The notes: generated by a model not told the origin, from the sequence alone. Positions 20,108-30,775 are shown, numbered from the stretch's first letter. The stretch: 32,000 nucleotides of DNA from Candidatus Saganbacteria bacterium (GCA_026387835.1 JAPLKZ010000005.1:243071-275070), one strand, 5' to 3'. Translations and numbers: made by a program.

Positions 20108-20680
20108 TTGGAAGGCAGTGTCCTTCAGTTCGCGTCGAAATACCTCACCCAGGATTGTATGGTTATATCAAAATCAAAACATCTTATTTATTACTGCAAT
20201 AATGGTTTTATCGTGCGTAATGTGTCATGGAAAGGTTTCGACCTGAAATTCCCGGCGCCAATTGCTATCGGCATGGGCGGCAGGTATGAGACACCGGCAG
20301 GGGAGTATTATATCTGCCAGAAAAATGCGGACAGCCGCTTCACGCTTTTTCTGGGACTGAGCTGGCCGAACATCGCGGATGCCAATAAGGCGGTAGAGTT
20401 GGGGTCCAGGTTGAGCGCTTCCGATTACAGGAGGATCGTGGCAGCTAATATTTTGAGGGCCCAGCCGCCCTGGGACACCCCGCTGGGCGGGACATACGGG
20501 ATCCACGGTGCGCCTACATATATGAAATATGCCATCGACAGGATGGAGAAGAAAGATCCGGACCTTATTTATGTAACAAAAAGAGACAATACAAGAGGAT
20601 GCGTGGCAGTGGAGCACCGCTACCTGAAATTTCTATTTGCCAATGTCGATGAAGGCACCCCGGTGCTGATAGTAAATTAA
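20108..20680 (+). CDS. L,D-transpeptidase (YkuD) catalytic domain protein; upstream signal anchor separated by an in-frame TAA
   Basis: The motifs are YGIHGAP...TRGCVAV...GTPVLIV (the catalytic His/Cys pattern). The start shown is TTG 20108. ATG 20006 encodes a signal anchor in the same frame but is cut off by TAA at 20075-20077. Confidence 0.8.
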   Translation: MEGSVLQFASKYLTQDCMVISKSKHLIYYCNNGFIVRNVSWKGFDLKFPAPIAIGMGGRYETPAGEYYICQKNADSRFTLFLGLSWPNIADANKAVELGSRLSASDYRRIVAANILRAQPPWDTPLGGTYGIHGAPTYMKYAIDRMEKKDPDLIYVTKRDNTRGCVAVEHRYLKFLFANVDEGTPVLIVN

Positions 20681-20737
20681 ACCTGTGCAAGGAATGCGAT
20701 TTCTTCTATTCCTGCTGGGGAGAGTCCGAATACCCGG

Positions 20738-21982
20738 CTACTTCTTCAGCTTGAAAAGCGTCTCCACATCACCAAAGGCCTCAAAGGTCTCCTTGTTCAC
20801 GTAAACGATGACCTTTTTGGTCTTTATCCATTCCCCTTCCTTTTCTATATGGACGTTGCCTGTCATCGTGATCGTCTCTTTATTGTCGTCATAAAAAGCG
20901 TGGTCCGCCTTTGCGTTCTTTCCTTTTTGGATAACAAATACTTTACCGTCCGCTGTCGCATTGCCGTTCCTTGTCGAGACTTTCAGGCTGTCGCAGTTCA
21001 AAAGAACCCCTTCGCTCATTATTTTTTTTGCTTCCGTATTCCTGATCTTGAGGACGGTCCGTTCTTTAAGAATGTGGCCGCCTTTTTTGATGAAAGCCCT
21101 GACATTTTTTATAAGTGTCGCCGTCTGTTCTACGTCGTCAAATGAAAGCGCGTCCGACGAGGCGATCTTGCTTTTCTGCGTCAGTTCTACATGGCCGTTC
21201 ATCAGGCCGCTGTAATCTTTTGTCGAGAAAGAGAGATCATCGGACTTGATATCGGTCATCACCGCCTTCTTTTTTACGCGGACCCTCACTTTATTGTAAG
21301 CCTTAAGCGTATCCTGTCTGAAATAGCTTTCCATCGTTGTCGCACCTATTGTATAGTCGCCGGCCTTTATGTGCGGGCCGGATGTCATAGTGCCGATGTT
21401 CTTTTTATGGTTTATGTCGATGTGTCCGGTCGTAGCGGTGTATTTCCTGTCAAAGACCCGCACATCATCGGCATTCGACCTTTTCTGGGGTGAGGAATAC
21501 CAGAGATAAGACGCCAGGACCTTCGTGAATCCTTTTGAAGGTTCTTTCAGGACCTCGGTGGTGCTGGCATGCGCCACATCGATGCTTGCTTCCAGAGGCT
21601 GCGGCTCCGCGGTTGATGAGAAGGCCTCTATCCTGCTGTTGTAATTCGTGACGATGACCCTTTTTGCCCGCAAGTCTTTTATTATCAGCCTTCCTTTTTT
21701 GAATACATTTCCTTTGTCGACGTCCTCGAATTCGATGATGTCCTGGCCTCTGTTGGCGGAAAGCCTTTTTGAAGATATTTCCCAGTTTTTTTTGCCGTCC
21801 TCAAAACCGGTGACGCTTATATTGTCAGCGTGCAAAACTTTTTCTTTCCTCACGTCGGAAAGAAGCCTTATGTCGGGCACGATGATATAAAGCAGTGCCA
21901 GGCCGGCCGTGAAAGCGACGGCAGTAAATATAACTGATCTTTTACTGTCCAGACCTTCAAAAAAACGGCGCATTTTTATCAT
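20738..21982 (-). CDS. OstA/LptA/LptC-like beta-jellyroll repeat protein with N-terminal membrane anchor
   Basis: It has an N-terminal TM helix. OstA-type segments recur (for example ADHAFYDDNKETITMTGNVHIEKEG.WI). The functional assignment to LPS transport is tentative. Confidence 0.55.
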   Translation of the reverse strand: MIKMRRFFEGLDSKRSVIFTAVAFTAGLALLYIIVPDIRLLSDVRKEKVLHADNISVTGFEDGKKNWEISSKRLSANRGQDIIEFEDVDKGNVFKKGRLIIKDLRAKRVIVTNYNSRIEAFSSTAEPQPLEASIDVAHASTTEVLKEPSKGFTKVLASYLWYSSPQKRSNADDVRVFDRKYTATTGHIDINHKKNIGTMTSGPHIKAGDYTIGATTMESYFRQDTLKAYNKVRVRVKKKAVMTDIKSDDLSFSTKDYSGLMNGHVELTQKSKIASSDALSFDDVEQTATLIKNVRAFIKKGGHILKERTVLKIRNTEAKKIMSEGVLLNCDSLKVSTRNGNATADGKVFVIQKGKNAKADHAFYDDNKETITMTGNVHIEKEGEWIKTKKVIVYVNKETFEAFGDVETLFKLKK

Positions 21983-22001
21983 AGAAAAAAGGATACCATA
22001 A

Positions 22002-23195
<1,194 letters not shown>

Positions 23196-23246
23196 TGTAG
23201 GGGCGGGGTGATCTCCGCCCGGGCCCGGGAAAAAGAACTAAAAATG

Positions 23247-23281
23247 CCCCGCACTTTGGCACAAAGTGCGGGGTTCATTTT
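23247..23281 (+). terminator. rho-independent terminator-like hairpin after gap
   Basis: An 11-bp perfect stem CCCCGCACTTT/AAAGTGCGGGG has a 5-nt loop and is followed by TTCATTTT. It lies between gap and pgk, so it may act as a partial terminator or attenuator. Confidence 0.55.
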
Positions 23282-23298
23282 CAGAAGGAGGATAAAAG

Positions 23299-24489
23299 AT
23301 GAAGAAATGCATTTCTGACCTGAAAGATAGTGAACTGAACGGCAAGAGAGTGCTTGTAAGGGTCGATTTCAATGTGCCGCAGGATAAAGCGGGCAATATT
23401 ACGGACGACAGGAGGATAAGAGAATCGCTCCCGACGATAAAATATCTTATAGATAAAGGATCAAAAGTGATCCTCGTCTCCCATCTCGGCAGGCCCAGCG
23501 GTGTGACACAGGAGCTGAGGATGAACCCCATAGCAAAAAGGCTCGAGGAACTGCTGGGGAAGAAAGTCCTGAAACTAGATGACTGCATCGGAGAAGAGGT
23601 CGAGGATGCCGTTTCAAAGATGAATAACGGCGACGTGACGCTGCTCGAAAACGTGAGGTTCTATAAAGAAGAAGAGGCGAACGATGAGAACTTCTCCAAA
23701 AAACTTGCCGCTTTGGCCGATGTCTATGTCAACGACGCGTTCGGTACGGCTCACAGGGCCCACGCTTCAACTGAAGGTGTCGCTCATATCCTTCCGGGAG
23801 TCTGCGGGTTTCTGATCAGAAAAGAGCTTGAGTTCCTCGGCGGCGCGCTTACAAACCCGAAGAAACCGTTCGTCGCTATAATCGGCGGAGCTAAAGTCTC
23901 ATCAAAAATAACCGTCATAAAGAACCTGGCTCAGAAGGTGGATACTCTGGTGATCGGAGGCGGGATGATATTTACTTTCATGAAGACCCAGGGTTTTGAG
24001 ATAGGAAAATCTCTGGTCGAAACAAAATTCCTTGACCAGGCAAAGGTAATATGGTCGCAGCTGAAAGGGATGCCGAATTTGAAGCTGATAGTCCCTGTAG
24101 ACCATGTGGTGGTCGCCGAGTTGAAAGCAGACGCGCCGTCAAAAGTCGTGCCAAATGATGGTATCCCCGCCGACATGCTTGGCGTCGATATAGGACCCGA
24201 GACGATAAAACTGATAAAAGATGAGATCAAAAATGCCGGGACCGTGGTCTGGAACGGACCTATGGGCGTTTTTGAGATAGATAAGTTCGCAAAGGGTACC
24301 AACGAGGTCGCAAGAGCGCTTGCCGATTCAAAAGCCGTGACCATAGTTGGGGGAGGAGATTCCGCGGCGGCGGTAGAAAAAGCGGGCGTCGCCGATAAGA
24401 TAACACATATATCCACCGGCGGCGGAGCTTCGCTGGAATTTCTGGAGGGCAAAATACTTCCGGGCATCGCGATACTGCAGGACAAGTAA
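23299..24489 (+). CDS. pgk: phosphoglycerate kinase
   Basis: It has [12 protein letters not shown] at the N-terminus, [12 protein letters not shown] and GGGDSAAAV...[13 protein letters not shown]. An RBS GGAGG lies upstream. Confidence 0.97.
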   Translation: MKKCISDLKDSELNGKRVLVRVDFNVPQDKAGNITDDRRIRESLPTIKYLIDKGSKVILVSHLGRPSGVTQELRMNPIAKRLEELLGKKVLKLDDCIGEEVEDAVSKMNNGDVTLLENVRFYKEEEANDENFSKKLAALADVYVNDAFGTAHRAHASTEGVAHILPGVCGFLIRKELEFLGGALTNPKKPFVAIIGGAKVSSKITVIKNLAQKVDTLVIGGGMIFTFMKTQGFEIGKSLVETKFLDQAKVIWSQLKGMPNLKLIVPVDHVVVAELKADAPSKVVPNDGIPADMLGVDIGPETIKLIKDEIKNAGTVVWNGPMGVFEIDKFAKGTNEVARALADSKAVTIVGGGDSAAAVEKAGVADKITHISTGGGASLEFLEGKILPGIAILQDK

Positions 24490-24490
24490 A

Positions 24491-25000
24491 ATGGCGAACA
24501 CAAAAACGCTGGTAGTGATCAAACCGGACGGTATAAAAAAGTCCCTGACAGGGAACATTCTTTCCCGTCTTTCCGAGACAAAACTGCGTATCATAGGAGC
24601 AAAGGTCCTTCATGTGACGAGGGAGCTTGCCGAAAAGCATTACGCGCACCTGAAGGACAAGCCGTTCTTTAAGAGCGTTGTCGACTATATATGCGGCGAT
24701 GTTTATGACGAGCCTTACAGGAGGGTCCTTGCCCTGGTTTATACCGGGCCGGACGCGGTAAAAAAAGTAAGGCAGCTTGCGGGCGTCACAAATCCTGAAG
24801 AAGCCGATGCCTCTTCGATAAGAGGCCAGTACGGCAGGATCACTTCAAAAGGCATATTTGAAAATGTTCTCCACTGCTCGGCAACTCCCGAAGAGGCGGA
24901 AGTCGAGATTAAACTTTGGTTTGATCCGGATGAAATTGTAGAAGCCATATATCCTACAGAGACGATCGAAACCAAAGTTAAAAAAAGATCCTGGAAGTAG
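24491..25000 (+). CDS. ndk: nucleoside diphosphate kinase
   Basis: It has TLVVIKPDG, YAHLKDKPFF and IRGQYG...N.LHCS (the active-site His context). It is slightly longer than typical Ndk. It starts 1 nt after the pgk stop. Confidence 0.92.
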   Translation: MANTKTLVVIKPDGIKKSLTGNILSRLSETKLRIIGAKVLHVTRELAEKHYAHLKDKPFFKSVVDYICGDVYDEPYRRVLALVYTGPDAVKKVRQLAGVTNPEEADASSIRGQYGRITSKGIFENVLHCSATPEEAEVEIKLWFDPDEIVEAIYPTETIETKVKKRSWK

Positions 25001-25008
25001 TAAAGCAA

Positions 25009-25079
25009 GGGCCTATGGTTCAGTGGTAGAACACGGCGTTCGCAACGCCGAGACCTGAGTTCGACTCTCAGTAGGTCCA
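25009..25079 (+). tRNA. tRNA-Ala(CGC)
   Basis: The cloverleaf has acceptor GGGCCTA/TAGGTCC including the G3:U70 alanine identity pair, anticodon stem CGGCG/CGCCG with loop TT-CGC-AA, and T-arm CTGAG-TTCGACT-CTCAG. No CCA is encoded. Confidence 0.9.
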
Positions 25080-25178
25080 TTAATATTTTTCTGCGAACTA
25101 ACATTATCAGACAATGACAAAACCTGGAAGTGCTACAACTTCGCGGTTTACGGGGGATTTAAGAAGGCAGGTTACCGG

Positions 25179-25382
25179 CTAGATCAAACCTTTGAACGGG
25201 TTGCCGATGAACGCGACGATGATGACCTGGACGCCGTAAAGGATGAGGCTCCACGCCACCGATGAGATGATCCATGACTTTGTCCCTGACTCGCCGAGCC
25301 ATCTCAGTATCCACACTCCGAGCGCAATGAGAGCGATGCCTGATACAATGCCGGTGAAGATAGCCATGGATATATTGTACAT
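25179..25382 (-). CDS. small hypothetical membrane protein (about 67 aa, two TM helices)
   Basis: The hydrophobic ORF reads MYNISMAIFTGIVSGIALIALGVWIL...WIISSVAWSLILYGVQVIIVAFIG. ATG 25382 is preferred over the TTG at 25394. Confidence 0.5.
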   Translation of the reverse strand: MYNISMAIFTGIVSGIALIALGVWILRWLGESGTKSWIISSVAWSLILYGVQVIIVAFIGNPFKGLI

Positions 25383-25518
25383 CAGAAAAGACAAAATATA
25401 TCGTGAAAAATAATGTGAAATTTATTAAAAAGGCACACGATATAATTATAAGGTCAAAAACCGGCAGATCAAAGCTGTTGTCGGTTGTGATCCCAATAAA
25501 GACAGAAGGAGAAAAGTA

Positions 25519-26067
25519 ATGAGCGGAATTAATGGCGGAAGTTTAGCGGTCCCGGTTACAGCCGATGAATACAAAAGACTGTCAGCCCTCAAAAAAGAAG
25601 GATCTGCAAGAAACACGGAAGTCGGGTCTGCAGGTTTTGGAGAAAGGCCAGTAATCTTGCTGGCTGCAGCGCAGCCGGTCGCATCAGCCCCGTCGCCGCA
25701 GTCGGCACCGGACACTTCGGAACAGAAAAAAATAAAAGGGTTGATCGATGTATTTAAAAGCCGTAACTACGTTTGGATCCAAGAAGCAGTCGAAGCTTTG
25801 CAAAAAATCGGAAGTCCTGCAATCCCGGCCATTGTCGAAGCGCTGAAAGACAATGAATGGATCGTTCGATATCACGCCGCCTATACACTAGGTGAATTTG
25901 GCGATAAACAGGCAGTCCCGGATCTCGTGAAAGCATTGAACGATAGTGAAAGCCTTGTTCGCCTGTCTGCACAACAAGCAATCGAAAAGATAAAAAAAGC
26001 ACAAACTCAACCTGTTGCAAAACCCGGCACCATACCGCTCGAAAAGCCTGCGGGGGTCAAGAAATAG
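25519..26067 (+). CDS. HEAT-repeat (PBS lyase-like) protein
   Basis: The C-terminal half carries repeated A.PALV.AL.D....VR..AA.ALG.IG units (AIPAIVEALKDNEWIVRYHAAYTLGEFGDKQAVPDLVKALNDSESLVRLSA). The N-terminal half is low-complexity. Confidence 0.75.
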   Translation: MSGINGGSLAVPVTADEYKRLSALKKEGSARNTEVGSAGFGERPVILLAAAQPVASAPSPQSAPDTSEQKKIKGLIDVFKSRNYVWIQEAVEALQKIGSPAIPAIVEALKDNEWIVRYHAAYTLGEFGDKQAVPDLVKALNDSESLVRLSAQQAIEKIKKAQTQPVAKPGTIPLEKPAGVKK

Positions 26068-26256
26068 GCAGATAAGTCACTTTATAGCTCCTTGAACGAG
26101 ACATAGTTGACTACAGGGACATCCCAGTCGGTGATCTGCCCGATAGATCAGAAAAGACAAAATCCGAAATTCGAATATCGGATGTTTCGCGCATACCCTC
26201 CAATGTGTTAAATAATCCGGAACATTTTTACTTATTGGTGGAGACGGCTAGATCCT

Positions 26257-27543
26257 TCAGCATTCCTCGGGAGGTGTCGTTATCTCCGAAGCTTCAAGGA
26301 TCCCCTTTTCTACATAGATGGGCCTTATTACTTTCCTGATATGCGGCAGGCGTACGTAAAACAGCGCTGATGCAATGAGGCACATGATCCCGTTTATCAT
26401 GACCGCGGTCGGTGCTCCAAGATTGTGGGCGAGCGTCCCGGCGATTATGCTTCCGAACGGCGCCATTCCTAGAAAAGCCATCGAATAGAGGCTCATGATC
26501 CTTCCTCTCTTGTTGTCAGAGACGATAGTCTGCAGCACAGTGTTGCTTCCTGCGATCTGCGTCAGCATCCCGAACCCCACGACAGGCATCAGTATGAGCG
26601 ACAAGATATAAATCTTAGATAGTGAGAACAGGATCAACCCCGCGCCAAAGAGGGCTGTGCCGAAGTTCATCAACTTATTGAGTCCGACGACGCTTTTGCG
26701 CGAGGCAAGGAACAGACCTCCTGCAAGGGCTCCCATTCCCGCTCCGGACATCAGGAAACCGAGTGTCTGAGGCCCTCCGTGAAGGATGTTCTTCGCGAAA
26801 ATAGGCATCAGTATCGCATACGACATCCCTGCAAGGCTCACCATGCTGATGAGCAGGATTATGTCCCTTATCGCCTCATTATGATAGGCGTAAGACAGGC
26901 CATCTTTGAATTCCCTGAAGAAAGGCTTTGCCACTCTCTTTTCCTCAGTGGCCGTGATCTTCATCATCATCAGTGATATTATAACGGCGACATAGCTTAC
27001 TGCATTGATAAGAAAACAGTAACCTTCACCGAACATCGCGATCAGCACTCCCGCGACAGCAGGTCCGATGAGTCTCGCGCTGTTAACCATTGATGAGTTA
27101 AGCGCTATCGCATTTCCCAGGTCCTCTCTTTTGACCATCTTGACCACGAAGGACTGTCTTGCCGGCATGTCGATCGAGTTAACGAGCCCAAGGACCGCTC
27201 CCAGTAAATAAAGGTGCCAGACCTCGATCCTGCCTGAAAGTACAAGAGATGCAAGCGCAAGCGCCTGAAAAAGGGAGATGGTCTGAGTGATGATGAGGAC
27301 CTTCTGCTTATCCCACCTGTCGACCATCACTCCCGCGAAAGGCGCAATGATGAACGCCGGTATCTGGCTTGAGAACGCCACGGCTCCGAGGACAAAAGCT
27401 GAGTTCGTCATCCTATACGCCAGCCAGCCCACCGCGACGGCCTGCATCCATGTCCCGATCAGCGATATGCTCTGGCCCGCAAAAAACAAACGGTAGTTGC
27501 GGTTCTTCAGTGCGCGGAATATGTTCGCAAAAGATCCATTCAT
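26257..27543 (-). CDS. MFS transporter (MFS_3 / EntS-like pattern)
   Basis: It has about 12 hydrophobic helices. The N-terminal NRNYRLFFAGQSISLIGTWMQAVAVGWL is typical of this MFS subgroup. Confidence 0.88.
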   Translation of the reverse strand: MNGSFANIFRALKNRNYRLFFAGQSISLIGTWMQAVAVGWLAYRMTNSAFVLGAVAFSSQIPAFIIAPFAGVMVDRWDKQKVLIITQTISLFQALALASLVLSGRIEVWHLYLLGAVLGLVNSIDMPARQSFVVKMVKREDLGNAIALNSSMVNSARLIGPAVAGVLIAMFGEGYCFLINAVSYVAVIISLMMMKITATEEKRVAKPFFREFKDGLSYAYHNEAIRDIILLISMVSLAGMSYAILMPIFAKNILHGGPQTLGFLMSGAGMGALAGGLFLASRKSVVGLNKLMNFGTALFGAGLILFSLSKIYILSLILMPVVGFGMLTQIAGSNTVLQTIVSDNKRGRIMSLYSMAFLGMAPFGSIIAGTLAHNLGAPTAVMINGIMCLIASALFYVRLPHIRKVIRPIYVEKGILEASEITTPPEEC

Positions 27544-27625
27544 GACTAATTTTATTATATCATCAGCGGTGCGTCATCAAAGAACTTCCGGTCGGCGTCC
27601 GAATAAACGACGAAGACGATCTTAA

Positions 27626-28339
27626 CTACCTGCAGTAAAGGTCGTTCTCTATCCTGTTCAACAGATCTGTGCGGTCATCGCTGACGGACATGTTGGTGAT
27701 GCCTCCGATCGCCTGCATCACGGTGGTCACATCCTTCATCGATGATTCCGCGTCCTTGAACTGATGGTCGCGCGGTATGTAGTACACAAAGACGATGGTC
27801 GGCAGTCCGGCGGCACTGATCGCGTTACGCGTCGTTGTGACCTCTCCGGAAGAAGTCACGATCTCAAAATCCGGAAAAGGCCGGCCGTAGACCGCGGAGA
27901 TCATGGTCAGGTCCATTTTCTTGCCGGTCCTGTCACCTGAAGTCCTCCCGTTCTCGACAACAGCCTTAAGCGCCTCACCCATATTTTCGATATCTCCGAG
28001 TATCCGGTTATCCTCGAATTTGGTATCCCTCATCAGAAAGCATTCGAAAGCGCCGAAGCCGTTCCTGTCAAGAAGGACCGCTTCATCCTGGCGCAGACCT
28101 TTCTTATTGATCCAGTCCGCAAGAAATGCCGGTTTTCCCCCGGCTTTATTTGTGTCCCAATTGAGTTCCGGGGTGTAATAGAACTTGATGTCCTGGAACT
28201 TCGATTCATTAAAAGTCGGGTTTTTAGGGCCCAGATTGATGGCGACGACATTCTTCGGGGCGTAGGGCATTGCAGCGAAAGAGACCGCGGACAGCACGGC
28301 GGCAAATATGACGGCTGACACGAACAGGTGTTTTTTCAT
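27626..28339 (-). CDS. secreted hypothetical protein
   Basis: It has the signal peptide MKKHLFVSAVIFAAVLSAVSFA. The ORF is 237 aa with no confident family assignment. Confidence 0.6.
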   Translation of the reverse strand: MKKHLFVSAVIFAAVLSAVSFAAMPYAPKNVVAINLGPKNPTFNESKFQDIKFYYTPELNWDTNKAGGKPAFLADWINKKGLRQDEAVLLDRNGFGAFECFLMRDTKFEDNRILGDIENMGEALKAVVENGRTSGDRTGKKMDLTMISAVYGRPFPDFEIVTSSGEVTTTRNAISAAGLPTIVFVYYIPRDHQFKDAESSMKDVTTVMQAIGGITNMSVSDDRTDLLNRIENDLYCR

Positions 28340-28468
28340 TTTCTTTTCTCCTTTAATACCACATAATACACTTTATTTTAGTATAATTTCAAGGGCGGGG
28401 GGAAATATTAAACTTTATCTTGCATTTTTCCATTGACAACGAGTGCCGGAATGATAAAATATCTATAA

Positions 28469-29326
28469 ATGAAAAAACTGATCGCATTAATACTGGCGGC
28501 ATCTTTAATAGCAAACTTTACTGTAGCTTCTGTTTCAGCAGCGAAGAAAAAAGCCCCGAGAAAGCCGGGGAAGAGGATCGTCAGGACCGTGAAGAATAAA
28601 AAGGCCGTGAAGAATAAAAAACCCGCGAAGAAGACAAAAGCTGCAAAGAAGACGAAAGCCGCAAAGAAGACAAAAGCCGCAAAGAAGACAAAGGTCACGA
28701 AGAAAGCAAAAGCCGCGAAGAAAAAGATAACAGCAAAAGCTGCGAAGATAAAGAAAGCCGCAAAGAAGCCGGCTTTAAAGCCGACACTAAAAAAAGCTCC
28801 GGCAACACCGTGGGTGCCGCCGTTACCTGAAAAAGTAACTCCTGCCCGGGTATCAACTGCAGCGGCAATTCCGGTTGTCCCGTCACCATGGGGCTTGACC
28901 ATAGGGGCTAACTTTGGCGTGTCCGCGGGTCTTACGGCTGCATCGGCAGTGTTAGATTATCCGCTCACAAGATTTATCCGGGGTGCGAAGGTGAGGTTAG
29001 GCGGAGATTATCTCACGGGAGCCAGCGGAAAGGATACCGACCTGAAGATAGCCACGCTGAAATTAGGCGGCATTTACGCGCTCGATATGCTCAAAATGCA
29101 GGACGTGCCGGTCGACTGGTACATCGGGGGCGGGATAATCGTGCCTCTGAAGGTCAGCGGCGGAAGGACCGGTTCATACGGCCTTGAAGCTTATATCGGC
29201 GCTAACATCGCGGTATTTGATATTGGCGCCTTTAATGCGCAGTTTGGATACTCTGCAATAAAATATGGCGGTGCTAGTGCAGCAAAAGGCGGCATAGCGA
29301 CGATCGGATACGCGTACACGTTCTGA
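28469..29326 (+). CDS. outer-membrane beta-barrel candidate with lysine-rich (AAKKTK)n N-terminal region
   Basis: It has the signal peptide MKKLIALILAASLIANFTVASVSA. About 90 aa follow of Lys/Ala repeats. The C-terminal 150 aa or so have an alternating Gly/aromatic pattern ending IGYAYTF (an OMP-type terminal Phe). Confidence 0.7.
   Translation: MKKLIALILAASLIANFTVASVSAAKKKAPRKPGKRIVRTVKNKKAVKNKKPAKKTKAAKKTKAAKKTKAAKKTKVTKKAKAAKKKITAKAAKIKKAAKKPALKPTLKKAPATPWVPPLPEKVTPARVSTAAAIPVVPSPWGLTIGANFGVSAGLTAASAVLDYPLTRFIRGAKVRLGGDYLTGASGKDTDLKIATLKLGGIYALDMLKMQDVPVDWYIGGGIIVPLKVSGGRTGSYGLEAYIGANIAVFDIGAFNAQFGYSAIKYGGASAAKGGIATIGYAYTF
28589..28696 (+). repeat. coding 18-nt tandem repeats (2 + 4 units)
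   Basis: GTGAAGAATAAAAAGGCC occurs twice (28589-28624), followed by four copies of GCRAAGAAGACRAARGYY (28625-28696). These encode VKNKKA/P and AKKTKA units. Confidence 0.85.
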
Positions 29327-29342
29327 CCGGTTAAAATAAACC

Positions 29343-29398
29343 CCCCTGTCACTTCGTGACATCCCTGCCTGCCGGCAGGCAGGTCTCCTTGTCAGGGG
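29343..29398 (+). terminator. nested G+C-rich hairpin cluster downstream of the OMP gene
   Basis: CCCCTG...CAGGGG (29343-29348 and 29393-29398) encloses GTCAC-TTC-GTGAC and a perfect 20-nt palindrome CCTGCCTGCCGGCAGGCAGG (29364-29383). There is no clear U-tract, so terminator function is uncertain. Confidence 0.35.
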
Positions 29399-29520
29399 AG
29401 AACTAAAATTTGGATTTCTATTTTCCCTGCCCAAGATCAAAATCGAGTGAAATTTATAAAAAATACCATCGATACTCTTTCAGCCGATGACGATCCGGAT
29501 ATTAAAGGGAGAAAATAAAA

Positions 29521-30774
29521 ATGCAGACAACTAGGACTTCTTTTGCAGCAGCGTTAAGGACGAGCAGCAGGATCGATGTCGCCGCCAGGATAACTTCGGC
29601 AAGACTTTATTCACCTAATGGTGATTATTGGAGATCCCGTGCCAGTATTCCGGGAGCTGTCCGTGCATTAAATGAAAAAATAATAGATAAGAAAATGGTC
29701 GCGGCTATATTTGCTGATGACAAAATGCCCGTTGCCAGGGCTGCGGATATATTAGCTAGAGTAGAAATGGCTGCGGGAATTTTGGCTGATGTCAAAATGT
29801 CTATTAGCAGGGCTGCGGGTATATTAACTGATGACAAAATGCCTTTAGAGAAAGCTGCGGGTATATTAACTGATGACAAAATGCCTTTAGAGAAAGCTGC
29901 GGGTATATTAGCTGATGACGGTATATTAACTGATGACAAAATGCCTTTAGAGAAAGCTGCGGGTATATTAGCTGATGACAAAATAGATTTAATGAAAGTT
30001 GCGGCTATATTTGCTGATGACAAAATGCCCGTTGCCAGGGCTGCAGGAATATTTGCTGATGGCAAAATGCCTGTTGCCAGGGTTGCGGGAATATTAGCTT
30101 ATCTCAAAATACCTGCAAGCAGGGCTGCGGGTATATTAGCTGATGACAAAATGCCTGCTAGCAGGGCTGCGGGAATATTAGCGCATGATCTTATTAATCC
30201 TTGGAGGGCTGCGGGTATATTAACTGATGACAAAATGCCTGTTGCCAGGGTTGCAGGAATATTAGCTGATTACAAAATGCCTGTTGCCAGGGCTGCGGAT
30301 ATATTAGCTGATGACAAAATATCTTTAGAGAAGGCTGCGGGTATATTAGCTGATGATAAAATGAGTCTTTGCAGGGCTGCGGATATATTAGCTGATTACA
30401 AAATGCCTGTTGCCAGGGCTGCGGATATATTAGCTGATGACAAAATATCTTTAGAGAAGGCTGCGGGTATATTAGCGCATGATCTTATTAATCTTTGGAA
30501 GGCTGCGGGGATATTGGCTGACGGGAAAATGCCTTTAGATAGGGCCGTGAGAATATTAGCATGTGATCTTATTAATGTTCAGAAAGCTGCGGGTATATTA
30601 GGTGGCGGCATAATGCCTATTACCAGGGCCGCGGATATATTAGCCGATGAAAAAATCTCTTTAGATAAGGTTGCAGGCATAATCGGGGAAATGCCGGACG
30701 TAAACGCAATTTACATCTTAGCTGAAATGGGAGACGAACTCGTAAGACGAATTATTGAGAAGATAGGAAAATAA
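29521..30774 (+). CDS. tandem-repeat protein: about 23 copies of a 14-aa unit (AAGILADDKMPxxR) between unique N- and C-termini
   Basis: The 417-aa ORF is preceded by the RBS AGGGAG. The period is 42 nt and in frame throughout. Its N-terminal 50 aa or so are conserved with the next gene. Confidence 0.8.
   Translation: MQTTRTSFAAALRTSSRIDVAARITSARLYSPNGDYWRSRASIPGAVRALNEKIIDKKMVAAIFADDKMPVARAADILARVEMAAGILADVKMSISRAAGILTDDKMPLEKAAGILTDDKMPLEKAAGILADDGILTDDKMPLEKAAGILADDKIDLMKVAAIFADDKMPVARAAGIFADGKMPVARVAGILAYLKIPASRAAGILADDKMPASRAAGILAHDLINPWRAAGILTDDKMPVARVAGILADYKMPVARAADILADDKISLEKAAGILADDKMSLCRAADILADYKMPVARAADILADDKISLEKAAGILAHDLINLWKAAGILADGKMPLDRAVRILACDLINVQKAAGILGGGIMPITRAADILADEKISLDKVAGIIGEMPDVNAIYILAEMGDELVRRIIEKIGK
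29692..30690 (+). repeat. 42-nt coding tandem repeat array
   Basis: Units of GCTGCGGGTATATTARCTGATGACAAAATGCCTNNNNNNARR recur. Two consecutive perfect 42-nt copies span 29812-29895, and a third near-perfect unit carrying an 18-nt internal duplication extends to 29955. A 90-nt perfect duplication links 30261-30350 and 30387-30476. Confidence 0.9.
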
Positions 30775-30775
30775 A

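Noticed and set aside
25381-26163. A 17-nt exact direct repeat ATCAGAAAAGACAAAAT at 25381-25397 and 26147-26163, flanking the HEAT-repeat gene.
   Set aside because: It is a single short AT-rich match in non-equivalent contexts and could plausibly arise by chance. No accompanying structure or mobility gene is present.
28408-28902. Minus-strand 164-aa ORF rich in FFAAF repeats.
   Set aside because: It is antisense to the lysine-rich repeat (AAG/AAA read as CTT/TTT). The plus-strand gene has a signal peptide and an OMP-like C-terminus.
29692-30690. The 42-nt tandem repeats considered as a CRISPR array or non-coding satellite.
   Set aside because: The units are contiguous without spacers. They are in frame for the whole array, and their variation pattern is codon-structured.
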